A stretch of 39,214 nt of DNA, taken from NCBI RefSeq assembly GCF_001194135.2, contig NC_068996.1, positions 27,068,094 to 27,107,307 on the forward strand, in the 5' to 3' direction. Origin of the DNA: Octopus bimaculoides (taxonomy: Eukaryota). The notes beneath the pieces were generated by a model. That model was not told the origin of the DNA. It saw only the letters and a program-made list of their open reading frames with translations, and searched no databases. Position numbers and translations under genes: made by a program. The stretch's first letter is position 1; the number at the start of each line of letters is the position of its first letter. Positions 21,612 to 33,284 of the stretch are shown piece by piece.

Positions 21612-21974
21612 TGTTATTTTAACTGAAAAGGCATGTGTTAAAGATTACATTTTATCACCACAATGTACTGTTTTACTAAAACTGTGGAACACACAAACAG
21701 GTTTTGAATTTTAATATCATAAAGAAGTAAATTTAGAATCTGGGAAGAGAGGTTGTAGGTTTCCAAATATTCTTCTCACTAATTTTGGAAAAAACAGCTT
21801 TAGATATTTAAAGAACATGACTTCTATAAGTGTATATAATTACTATTTTATTTTCTCTCCCAAACAACTATATTACATCTATTATGTTTCTATGAATGTA
21901 TATGTGTATGTATAGACACACACATATATATACACACACGTATTTGTGTGTGTGTATGTATATATATATATATA

Positions 21975-22290
21975 CTCTTTTTACTCTTTTACTTGTTTCA
22001 GTCATTTGACTGTGGCCATGCTGGAGCACCGACTTTTAGTCGAGCAAATCAACCCCAGGACTTATTCTTTGTAAGCCTAGTACTTATTCTATTGGTCTTT
22101 TTTGCTGAACTGCCAAGTTATGGGGACGTAAACACACCAGCATAGGTTGTCAAGCAATGTTGGGAGGACAAAAACAGGCACACAAACATATACACACATA
22201 CACATATATATATATATATATATATACATATATATACGACGTCTACATATATAGATTCTGTCTACCAAATCCACTCACAAGGCTTTGGTC
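21975..22290 (-). mobile_element. SINE family B with internal (TA)n, truncated by gap
   Basis: Reverse complement of the 20490-20915 consensus. Confidence 0.85.
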
Positions 22291-22789
22291 NNNNNNNNNN
22301 NNNNNNNNNNNNNNNNNNNNNNNNNNNNNNNNNNNNNNNNNNNNNNNNNNNNNNNNNNNNNNNNNNNNNNNNNNNNNNNNNNNNNNNNNNNNNNNNNNNN
22401 NNTGTGCTATTTTAGGTGACCTCTGATTGTAGCTGAGTCCATGTGGCATGAGTGAGTGAATGAATGAATAAGTCAGTCAGTCAGTCATCAATGAAATATT
22501 TTCCTTAAGAGTAATGTTTGAAGATCACAAATTGAATCTGAAGTAAGGTAGTCTGTCCAGTGAACCACTGCAATTTTAAGGCAGATATTGAAATAATGAG
22601 TCATTTCACTTTCATACAGCATTAGCAAATAATAGAGTTTTTTTTTTCTTTTGCTTGTTGCCATGGAGTAATGCTGAGCTTCCATCACAGAACCAGAAGG
22701 AATACATCATATATTGAAATTATTGATTTGCACCATTCCACTTAATAGAAGTCAAAAATCCACAGTTCTTTCTCTCCTCTTCAACCTCC

Positions 22790-23076
22790 TCCCCCTCCTC
22801 CTCCTCCTCCTTCAAATAATCCTTGCTTTCCAATCAATGCTTTTCCTCCACCTCATTCTCTTTCTTATTATTTTCGGCATGGTAATTCCAACTATTGGGA
22901 TCCGTTTCCGTCAAAGCTGCTCACATCAACACCACTATCACCACTATTACAACAACCACCATAAAACCAAAATAAGCCTCCACACAAACTCCAACAAGAT
23001 TCCCCAACACCTCCAACACCACCACAAAGTAGCACAAACTGTTAGTAACTAAAGGCAATAAAGCAACCATCACAAT

Positions 23077-23122
<46 letters not shown>

Positions 23123-24060
23123 GCCACCAATGCTACCAACCATAATCATTATCATCATTATCATCGTCATAAACTCTATTATTATTACTAACACTCTTAT
23201 TATCATCATCATCATCATCATCATCATTATTATATCTACCTATCCATTCTAGTTCAGACATTACAGGTTTATTACTCATTTTTTAGTCACCCACATGCAG
23301 GCTATCTCCCACCACTTCTCTCTCTTTCTCTCTCTCTCTCTTCTTTGTTCATATTTAAACCCCCACCACCACCACCACCAGCACCAGCCCACTAATCCAC
23401 CAGGCAGGCAGACAGTCAGACAGACACATCACCCAATTACATTCTCACCAGGATTACCACATTCTGGTTTGACTTTGTTATAAAAAACACATCACACACC
23501 AAACTGTGTGAACTCTTCCTTTCCTTCTTCCTCTTCTTTTATCTTCCTCTTCTTCTTCTTCTTCTTCTTCTTCTTCGTCTTCTTCTTCTTCTTCTTCTAC
23601 CTCTTCTTTCTTTTTTTCTGCCTGTATCCCCACTAAACATTCACTACCATAATCATCACCTTCAACACCACCACCACCACCACCACCACAACCACCACCA
23701 CCACCACCACAACCACCACCACACACATAACATACATCCATCTTCAATACCATTACCTTCAACAGCAGCATTGCCACCATCACCACCACCATCAGCAGCA
23801 CTGCTGTTACAATTATTGACATCAACAGCACCTTTACCACCACCATTATCAAAATCAACAGTCTCACCACCACTACCACTGCTGCCCCATCTCATTCACA
23901 TCATAGTCATCAACAATCCCACTGTAATCAAAATTAATACCATCACCACCACTATTACTACTATCATCATCATTATAATCATCAACAACACCATTACCAC
24001 CACTACTACCACTGTTACCAGTACCAACCACTTTAATCACCATTACAATCATTAACACCA
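22790..24060. repeat. low-complexity trinucleotide patchwork: (CCT)n, (CTA)n, (CAT)n, (TCT)n, (CAC)n
   Basis: Directly visible tracts, e.g. (CTA)n 23077-23122, (TCT)n 23543-23600, (CAC)n 23665-23722. Confidence 0.9.
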
Positions 24061-25091
24061 TTAAAATTTTTTGTCTTTTTGTTTGTTTCTTTCTTTTTGC
24101 ATATGGAAAAAGAGTTACAAAGATTTTCAATTTATAGTAATTTGCATAATCAACAAATAATATGAGCCAAGGAAAATAACTCAAATAGCCAATGGCATGA
24201 ATTTAGGTAAACAGTCAGTTAGTGACAGTTGCACACCTTTCATTGGTTTGTATTTCACTGAATGGCTGAATGACAATTATGTCTTCAAATTATCTCCTTG
24301 CTTTCGTTAAGGATCACTAACAACTGCCAGTGGAATTTTGTTTTCTTTCCCTAACTAAGGCAAATTCCAATTAACCCTTTAGCATTCACATTAGCTCAGT
24401 CAAATGTATGCTTATTTATTCACATCGTTTTGAATTAATTATGCATCTCATAGCTTCAAGATTTCAATGAAATGATTGTTAATTTTTAGAACGACATTGT
24501 AGAGTACTTGCAAAAGGCCAAATCTGGCTGATTTAAACATAAAACAAGTAAAATACTAGAGCTGGATATATACAGATGGGCTAACTGAACATTTTCTGCA
24601 AACATTCAATACATCATACAGTTACATGCATTTCAATTCACTCAGCCATGTCAGTGGTTCCCATTGCTTGATGTCCAGAGTCACTACACACCAAAGATTC
24701 TCACAACCTCATAAAAGCTTAAAGAAAAGTGGCATATCTTTGTACTCAGCATGGATTTTCCAATTAGCTTAAGCAGTTTTCCTTTCTCTAATCCCACCCA
24801 TTCATCTTCCACATTTATAAGCATTCATATTGTCACACACATACACATCATTATCATCTTCATTTTAACATCCACTTTTCCATGCTTGCATATTGAGGCA
24901 CATTTTCTAGGGTCTGATGCACTTCTCACCAACCCTCACATATTTCCAAGCAAGGTAATATTTTCCTCGTGGCCAGGCATGTTTTTCATGGAAACTAGAA
25001 ATAACCTCACTCCTATGATGATGATTCTCATTTAGAAACCTTATACGTGTAGACTAGGGTACACAAACACACACACACACACACACAGAAC

Positions 25092-25215
25092 AAGCTTTTT
25101 TTTTCAGTTTCCATCTATTAAATCCACTCACAAGGTTTTTTCCCAAGGTACCGTGCAGTGGGACTGAACCCAAGGCCACAGTCGTGAAGCAAGCTTCTTA
25201 GCCACCCAACCAAGC
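25092..25215 (-). mobile_element. SINE family B head, degenerate
   Basis: TTTCAGTTTCCATCTA..AAATCCACTCACAAGG..CCCAAGGTACCGTGCAGTGGGACTGAACCC. Confidence 0.7.
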
Positions 25216-25973
25216 TTGACAAATATCGGCAAATATTCCGCCCCACTACATCTCCACATTAATCTTCCAACGCTACAAAAAAATAAACAATTTTTTTATT
25301 TTATTTTCTTACTCCACTGATTCTCTATTAATCTTTCCACCCAGTTAACACCTCATTCCTTACCCTCACTACCTACACACATTTTTCAAATGCATATCCA
25401 CAATGATAATGTAAACCTGTAGAGAATGTGTGTGCTTACATATACAGGCATATATTCCCAACACCCACATCCACACATTGTTCTTCTTCCCCTACAAAAT
25501 TAATATTTTCCTCTCCACCACTTCTTTTATATATATCTGGTACATATGAGCACATACATGTATATATAAAAATGTATATATATACATACATAGGTCTTTT
25601 TTTTTGTATATGTGTGAGTATACATATAGGCATATAGGTATGTATACATGTAGGAATGTACATATATATTTATATATAAATNNNNNNNNNNNNNNNNNNN
25701 NNNNNNNNNNNNNNNNNNNNNNNNNNNNNNNNNNGCAATGAGTAAATTGTCACCAATTTATACTTTTAATTTCACGCATGAGCATCGTTTGTTTTTTATT
25801 TTGTTGACAACATAGCATAGTAGGGTCAGTTGGGTACTGTCTATGACCATTTGAAACAGTCATACTGCATCACATCTTGATATAATGTTGCTTATTTTGA
25901 TTTTATATGTATATAATATATATACGATGATGGTGCTGATGGTATGTATATATATGTATATAATATATATATA

Positions 25974-27239
25974 CAGGGGTTGGACAAAATAATGGAAACA
26001 CCTAGCATCATAATTTTGAAATATCTATAAAACCGTCAAAAGCTTGTTTATTTTTAGGTTTTTTGATTTATCATTAGTGTTACTTAATATGTTTTACTAA
26101 AATTGTTCTTTCTTTTCAGATATCATCAGAAAAAAGGTAATTAAAGTTCATTAAAATGACAGATCTATTGGACTTTCAAAGAGGTCAAATTGTTGGTGCT
26201 CATATGGCAGGTGCTAGCATAACAAAAACAGCTGAAATGTTTGGTGTATCAAGAAGTACTGTCTCAAAAGTGATGAAAGCCTTTGAGAAAGAGGGAAAAA
26301 TCTCCTCGTCGAAACAAAACTCTGGAAAAAACACAAAACTTTCAGATAGGGACCGTTGGACTCTTATGCAAATTGTTAGAAAGGATCGCAAAAACACAGC
26401 TCTCAAAATTACTGAAGAGCTTAATGACCACCTTGAGAACCTATTTTCCACAGAAACTGTTCGCCAGGAGCTGCACAAAGCCAGATTTCATGGGAGGGCT
26501 GCAATCAGTAAACCACTACTTTCAAAAATAAATGTTGCAAAGCATTTAGAGTGGAGTAAAAACCTACAGAATTGGTCCCTAGAGCAGTGGAAGAATGTTA
26601 TTTTCTTGGATGAGTCATCCTTTACCTCATTTCTGACAATTGGCCGAGTATAAGTGTGGAGACAGCCAAAAGAAACAGACTGCCTTCTTCCAACTGTTAA
26701 ACATGAAGGAGGATCTGGGATAATCTCGGGAGGAGGTGGGGGCTATATCTTGGAAATTCGCCAGCCCAATGGTTTCCCTTCATGGCAGAATTAATAGTCA
26801 AGACTATTTAGGCATGTTATCTGATCAAATTCATTCTATGGTTGCAGAACTGTTTCTGGAGGGAAACGCAATCTTTCAGGATGATAATGCACCAATTCAC
26901 ACAACTGAAGTTGTTACTGAATGGCACAAGGAACATTTTAGTGATGTTGAACATCTTATCTGGCCACCACAGTCCCCAGCTCTCAATATTATTGAACATT
27001 TATGGTACATTCTAGAAAAACAAGTAAGGAGTCGATATCCTCCACTATCATCACTACAAGAACTGGAAACTGTTTTAACTGAAGAATGGACAAAAATTCC
27101 TTTGGAAACAATTCAAACTTTGTATGAGTTCATACCTCATAGAATTCAAGCTGCAGTTACTGACAAAGGCAGTCCTACCCAATATTAAGATAAATTTGTT
27201 TGAAATTTTAAAGTGTTTCCATTGTTTTGTCCAACCTTG
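25974..27239 (+). mobile_element. Tc1-superfamily DNA transposon, DD36E (Incomer-type), full length
   Basis: TIRs CAGGGGTTGGACAAAATAATGGAAACAC (25974-26001) and reverse complement CAAGGTTGGACAAAACAATGGAAACAC (27213-27239), TA on both sides, about 1.27 kb. Confidence 0.9.
26156..27188 (+). pseudogene. Tc1-type DD36E transposase, one premature stop (26651-26653) and one frameshift (about 26720-26740)
   Basis: N-terminal HTH region (MTDLLDFQRGQIVGAHMAGAS...). Catalytic motifs VIFLDESSF, FQDDNAPIH and SPALNIIEHLW, with 36 residues between the second D and E. Confidence 0.9.
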
Positions 27240-27280
27240 TATATATTTCAAACATGCTTGGAGACAGGTCATTTTCGCCC

Positions 27281-27490
27281 TGTGAATCATTGGCGATTTT
27301 TTTTTCTATTTTCCTTTTCTCTTGGACTTTCCTCTGTCTCCTGTTTCTGAAGGAGAGCTTTGCTCGAAATGTAAAACCACCTTTCTTTCCTTCCCTGAGC
27401 ATCTTCTAATACTTTACATGTACCATGTCCTCATGTTGTTGTATTTTTGTGTTTGTTTTTCATTTTTTTGGATTTACTATATGATATATA
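27281..27490 (+). mobile_element. about 200-bp hammerhead-bearing repeat (family 2, putative PLE pLTR)
   Basis: Colinear with 38754-38950; both end in (TA)n. Confidence 0.75.
27343..27377 (+). ncRNA. minimal type I hammerhead motif (family 2), mutated
   Basis: GUUU-CUGAAGG-A-GAGC(UUU)GCUC-GAAAUGUA-AAAC; stems I and II pair. Confidence 0.6.
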
Positions 27491-27509
27491 TATATATCAG
27501 CTATTGATG

Positions 27510-27892
27510 TGGAGGTGCAATGGCCCAGTGGTTAGGGCAGTGGACTTGCGGTCATAGGATCGCGGTTTCGATTCCCAGACCGGGCATTGTGAGTGTTTAT
27601 TGGGCGAAAACACCTAAAGCTCCACGAGGCTCCGGCAGGGGATGGTGGCAAACCCTGCTGCACTCTTCCACCACAACTTTCTCTCACTCTTACTTCCTGT
27701 TTCTGCTGTGCCTGTAATTCAAAAGGTCAGCCTTGTCACACTGTGTCACGCTGAATCTCCCCGAGAACTACGTTAAGGGTACACGTGTCTGTGGAGTGCT
27801 CAGCCACTTGCACGTTAATTTCACGAGCAGGCTGTTCCGTTGACCGAATCAATTGGAACACTCGACATCATAAGCAACGGAGTGCCAACAAC
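27510..27892 (+). mobile_element. tRNA-derived SINE family A with 14-bp TSD
   Basis: Near-identical to 713-1091. Direct repeat ATCAGCTATTGATG at 27496-27509 and 27893-27906. Confidence 0.92.
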
Positions 27893-29470
27893 ATCAGCTA
27901 TTGATGAAATGAGCTCAAACTCAGCCACAAATCCTGATGGATTCCCAGCAATCCTCCTAAAGAAATGCAAAGGGGCTCTTACAAGACCATTTCAGATTCT
28001 CTTCCAGAGCTTCCTCACAACTGGGAAACTTCCCAAAAAGTTAAAGGAAAGCATAAAATGTCATATCTATAAGGGAGGTAGCAGAGCAGATGCTAAAAAT
28101 TATAGATCTGTATTTCTAACTTCCCATGTCAGCAAATTCATGGAGTGCATTGTTAGGAAGAAACTAATTGTGTTCCTTGAGGATAATGACTTGCTTCCTG
28201 ACACCCAGCATGGCTTTTGCTCAGGAAGAAGCTGCCTACACAGCTTTTGCAGCACTATGACTGGGTGTTGAAACAATTAATGAATAGCTCAAACATGGAT
28301 GTGATATATCTCGACTTTGCAAAGGTCTTCGATAAGGTTGATCACGGGAAGATATGTCACAAACTGCAGAGACTAAGCATAACTGAGAAAATCAAGAGTG
28401 GTTGCATGACTTCTTCAAAGGCTGAAGCCAGGCTGTAGCAGCCAACGGAGCCCTCTCCAAGGAGACAGTAATAGAAAGTGGAGTACCACAGGGAACTGTA
28501 TTGGAGCTGCTGCTGTTCGTTGTGGCTCTTTCATACATGACAGCCACACTTACTAGCTATGCCGACAATACAAAATTAGTACAAGCAGTCAAGGAACCTT
28601 CTGATGTTAATCTATAGAAAGATTTAGATGTCATATATAAATGAGCTGAGGACAACAACATGCAATTTAATGCAGGCAAATTCTAAGCACTCTGTGACCA
28701 GCTAATTGGCACTCAGAAGTCACAACAATGATACATTGAACCAGAAGGAGTGACAATCCCAGAATCACATATGGTGCATGATCTTGGGATTGATATGAGC
28801 AACAATGCCTCATTTCACATGCATATCACCAAGATGGTGGCAGTGTGCAAGCAAATTGCCAAATGGATTCAGAAAACCTTCGGAACAAGAGACCAGGAAA
28901 CTATACTGGTTCTATGCAGGACATTTGCCCTCAGCTGTCTGGACTACTGCTCTCAACCGTGGTCACCTTACAGTGTTGGATTAATTGTGGAACTTGAGGT
29001 GGTTCAGTGATGCTACACAAGGAAAATTGCATCAATGGAATAACTGAACTACTGGGAGAGACTGAAAGAACTACAACTCTTCTCCCTGGAGCGAAGACAG
29101 GAGAGATACGCAGTGATATATGTGTGGAAGATTCTGGAGGGGCTGGCACCAAACTTTGGAATTGAGAGTTATACCAGACTTCAAATTGGACATCACTACA
29201 CTGTTACAAAAGTCCCAGCTGTCTCATCTGGGGTGAGGACCATGTACTGCAATAGCTTGGGATTCAAGGGCCTACAGCTATTTAACACCTTTCCAAAACA
29301 TCTAAGGGATCTCCATGAAGTGGGGGTAGATGTTTTCAAGAAACAACTTGACTTCTTGCTATCCAAGATACCAAATGAACCAATATCAAGGCAGGAAACT
29401 CAAAAGAGGGTAGAAGTGTTGAACTCCCCTCCTTCACCAAAAGCCAATCACATACAATTGGCCAATTAAA
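27893..29470 (+). mobile_element. 5'-truncated LINE reverse transcriptase remnant (CR1/L2 group)
   Basis: Motifs across frames: SAIDE..PDGFPAILLKKC, NYRSVFLTSHVSKFME, QHGFCSGRSC, DVIYLDFAKVFDKVDH, SGVPQGTVL (about 28477), YADNTK (28558), LDYCSQPWSP, YWERLKELQLFSLERR. Many stops and frameshifts. Confidence 0.9.
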
Positions 29471-29599
29471 AGGTGATTACACTGGCAGTGCTCCAGCATA
29501 GCCACAGCCTTAGGGCTGAAACATATAAAAGAATAAAAGAATATATATACTAGCAGAGATACCTGGCCTTGCTCGGGATTAAAATGGCATAGTTTTTTT

Positions 29600-29900
29600 A
29601 TTGTTTTACTTGTTTCAGTCATGTGACTGCGGCCATGCTGGAGCACCACCGTTGGTCGAACAAATCAACTATAGGATTTATTTCTTTGTAAGCCTAGTAT
29701 TTATTCTATCAGTGTATTTTGCTGAACTGCTAGGTTCTGGGAATATAAACACAGTAACATTGCTTGTCAAGCAATGATAAGGTTACAAGCATAGACACAT
29801 GCACACACACACACAAATATATACATATATACAACAGTCTTCTTTCAGTTTCCGTGTACGAAATCCACTCACAAAGCTTTGGTCAACCTGAGGCTATAAT
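29600..29900 (-). mobile_element. SINE family B, running into gap
   Basis: Reverse complement of the family B consensus. Confidence 0.85.
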
Positions 29901-30360
29901 ATATATATATATATATATATATANNNNNNNNNNNNNNNNNNNNNNNNNNNNNNNNNNNNNNNNNNNNNNNNNNNNNNNNNNNNNNNNNNNNNNNNNNNNN
30001 NNNNNNNNNNNNNNNNNNNNNNNNNNNNNNNNNNNNNNNNNNNNNNNNNNNNNNNNNNNNNNNNNNNNNNNNNNNNNNNNNNNNNNNNNNNNNNNNNNNN
30101 NNNNNNNNNNNNNNNNNNNNNNNNNNNNNNNNNNNNNNNNNNNNNNNNNNNNNNNNNNNNNNNNNNNNNNNNNNNNNNNNNNNNNNNNNNNNNNNNNNNN
30201 NNNNNNNNNNNNNNNNNNNNNNNNNNNNNNNNNNNNNNNNNNNNNNNNNNNNNNNNNNNNNNNNNNNNNNNNNNNNNNNNNNNNNNNNNNNNNNNNNNNN
30301 NNNNNNNNNNNNNNNNNNNNNNNNNNNNNNNNNNNNNNNNNNNNNNNNNNNNNNNGTATA

Positions 30361-30603
30361 TATGTATATATATATGTGTGCTTGTATGTCTGTGCTTGTC
30401 CCCCCACCATCGCTTGACAACCAATGGTGGTGTGTTTATGTCCCCGTAACTTAGCAGCTCGGCAAAAGAGACCGACAGAATAAGTACTAGGCTTCCAAAG
30501 AATAAGTCCTGGGGTCGATTTTCTCGACTAAAGGCGGTGCTCCAGCATGGCCACAGTCAAATGAACGAAACAAGTAAAAGAGTAAAAGAGTAAAAGAGTA
30601 AAA

Positions 30604-30605
<2 letters not shown>
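30361..30605 (+). mobile_element. SINE family B 3' half with (GTAAAAGA)n tail
   Basis: TGTCCCCCC..CATCGCTTGACAACC..GAATAAGTACTAGGCTT..CTCCAGCATGGCC..GAAACAAGTAAAAGAG. Confidence 0.85.
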
Positions 30606-30637
<32 letters not shown>

Positions 30638-31527
30638 ATACATACATATACAAACATGTATATAAATACATAGCGAAACTTATAGAAATAAAACTAATAT
30701 ATATACATAGTGAAAGTAATTGAAATTGAAACCATATAATAGTTAAAGTATTATCTTACATTACAATAGAGATGTTATTGCTTTGCTTTTGACATGTAAA
30801 ACTGAAAGAGTGTAAGAGATAAGAGATTGCTTCAGACTCGCATTAGGCAAGAAGTTGAAAATTTTGGGGACCCATGACACTGCATGAACCCTGAGTAAGG
30901 CATGTGTAAAATTTGAATGAAATCGGTTGGGTAATTCTCAAGTTTTAGTGATGCACACAGATAGACACACACACACACATTCTCAGTTTGATATATATAG
31001 ATACATACATATATGTAGATATAAATGAGTAAATATACATACACATATATATATATATATATATANNNNNNNNNNNNNNNNNNNNNNNNNNNNNNNNNNN
31101 NNNNNNNNNNNNNNNNNNNNNNNNNNNNNNNNNNNNNNNNNNNNNNNNNNNNNNNNNNNNNNNNNNNNNNNNNNNNNNNNNNNNNNNNNNNNNNNNNNNN
31201 NNNNNNNNNNNNNNNNNNNNNNNNNNNNNNNNNNNNNNNNNNNNNNNNNNNNNNNNNNNNNNNNNNNNNNNNNNNNNNNNNNNNNNNNNNNNNNNNNNNN
31301 NNNNNNNNNNNNNNNNNNNNNNNNNNNNNNNNNNNNNNNNNNNNNNNNNNNNNNNNNNNNNNNNNNNNNNNNNNNNNNNNNNNNNNNNNNNNNNNNNNNN
31401 NNNNNNNNNNNNNNNNNNNNNNNNNNNNNNNNNNNNNNNNNNNNNNNNNNNNNNNNNNNNNNNNNNNNNNNNNNNNNNNNNNNNNNNNNNNNNNNNNNNN
31501 NNNNNNNNNNNNNNNNNNNNNNNNNNN

Positions 31528-32606
31528 TCATAATATTATTAATTAATTATAAACAATCACATATTACAATGGAAATCTATATTATATTATCTCTAGAAAC
31601 TTTAGAAAATAAACCCAGAGATATTCATAAACGTAACATAGGTAATTAAAAATTTTTAAAGAATTATACTAGTAACTGTGATAACACTAAAGATGATAAT
31701 ATATGGTTCATAGTCCCCTTTGGTAGAAATGTTAAATCTAATTTGATTGCACAGTTTAGAGCGGTGATAAGCAGATATTTCCCAAAGAATTCACACTATG
31801 GTAAAATTATTAATACACATAGCATTAGGTTTGGTTTCTCAAACACTATGAACTTAGCCCAAATAATTGCAGCTCATAATTTTAAAATACTTAAATCAAA
31901 AGGAATTGGGGAAGATAGCGATGTGAACCCTGATATAAATCATAATAATAATAAAAATAATAGTAATAATAACCGGAATATGATTACAGTAACAGAGGTT
32001 AACCCCAGAAGATTGAAGTTTGAAGGCCCTAATGCGAGAGTTAGAAATGTAGTCTATCAATGTAAGGTAAGGACTTAGACAGATGTTAGCCAATACCTGG
32101 GGTGTTCTTCAGGACAAATCTGTAAAAGATTATCTAATCATTATAGTACCTTTAGATATAGAAGTAAAATAGCAAGTACTAGTCTTAGTAAATTCATTTG
32201 GGAACTGAAAGAACAAAAAAAGCAATATTCGTTAGAATGGTCAATCATTGGGAGATCTTTCCCGTATGACAAAGGTAGGAGATATTGCTCGTTATGTAAC
32301 CTAGAATTATATTTTATATTATTCTCTAAGGGTAAGTTGATAAATAAACTAACAAATAATGCTCTCAGATGTACCCATGATCCAAAACACATTTCTCTGG
32401 TTTAAATGAGTTATAAATTACAGTATGACCAGGTATTATAGTATATTATAGTATATTATAGTATTATATTAGGTCTTAAGGCAGGCCATATCAATGTATA
32501 ATTTACCAATAGCAGTTGTGATTATTTGCTAAAGTTTCTAGAGATAATATAATATAGATTTCCATTGTAATATGTGATTGTTTATAATTAATTAATAATA
32601 TTATGA
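31528..32606. repeat. 85-bp inverted repeat pair (31528-31612 and 32522-32606) enclosing the PLE endonuclease
   Basis: One mismatch by eye; the left copy runs into the N gap, so it may be longer. Confidence 0.9.
31650..32405 (+). pseudogene. Penelope-like element RT-linker and GIY-YIG endonuclease remnant, one in-frame TAG (32076-32078)
   Basis: Single frame: NIWFIVPFGRNVKSNL..RYFPKNSHYGKIIN..IIAAHNFKIL..NVVYQCKVRT*TDVSQYLGCSSGQICKRLSNHYSTFR..TSLSKFIWELK..EWSII..PY..YCSLCNLE..LINK..CTH. This matches the IWFNPP..HFP..HNKKIL..VY..YIG..F.KR..NH..SF..TLSK.IW.LK..C.LC.E..LN..C.H pattern of PLE endonucleases. Confidence 0.8.
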
Positions 32607-32811
32607 GGGGTTTTCTCCCTTTGACGGGCCTTTATTTAAGGAGAAATTTGAATATGAACTTAATATATACCTATTATTTTAAGGGAATTTCATTCCCCAA
32701 TAATACTAGGTATTGAACCAGAATTTCCGTGGATGTAACCATCCCTCAACGAGGTTAACGTATCCTCTAATTAAATTTAAATACATGTATATTTGTGCAT
32801 GTGCATTTTTG

Positions 32812-32849
32812 AGAGAGAAAGATAGAGAGAGAAAGATAGAGAGAGAGAA

Positions 32850-32922
<73 letters not shown>

Positions 32923-33238
32923 NNNNNNNNNNNNNNNNNNNNNNNNNNNNNNNNNNNNNNNNNNNNNNNNNNNNNNNNNNNNNNNNNNNNNNNNNNNNNN
33001 NNNNNNNNNNNNNNNNNNNNNNNNNNNNNNNNNNNNNNNNNNNNNNNNNNNNNNNNNNNNNNNNNNNNNNNNNNNNNNNNNNNNNNNNNNNNNNNNNNNN
33101 NNNNNNNNNNNNNAGAAAGAGAGAGAGAGAAAGAAAGAGAGAGAGAGAAAGAAAGAGAGAGAGAGAAAGAAAGAGAGAGAGAGAAAGAAAGAGAGAGAGA
33201 GAAAGAAAGAGAGAGAGAGAAAGAAAGAGAGAGAGAAA
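32812..33238. repeat. (GA)n/(GAAA)n microsatellite spanning a gap
   Basis: Directly visible. Confidence 0.95.
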
Positions 33239-33284
33239 CACACACACACCTATATGTTTATAATGCTCCCACATGACAAATTAG

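Larger units (their letters stand above)
29548..31002 (+). mobile_element. possible Helitron/Helentron-associated non-autonomous element (HINE-like) hosting two SINE copies
   Basis: 5' motif TACTAGCAGAGATACCTGGCCTTGCTCGGG (29548-29577), shared with 39111-39140. 3'-type block AAATTTGAATGAAATCGG..CACACAGATAGACACAC..TATATATAGAT (30900-31002). Continuity across the gap is inferred. Confidence 0.4.

Noticed and set aside
23478-24184. Gly/Glu/Val/Thr homopolymer ORFs
   Set aside because: Products of trinucleotide repeats, open in several frames on both strands.
32076-32078. Programmed readthrough or selenocysteine codon in the PLE ORF
   Set aside because: The codon is TAG, not TGA, and one copy cannot distinguish recoding from a nonsense mutation.
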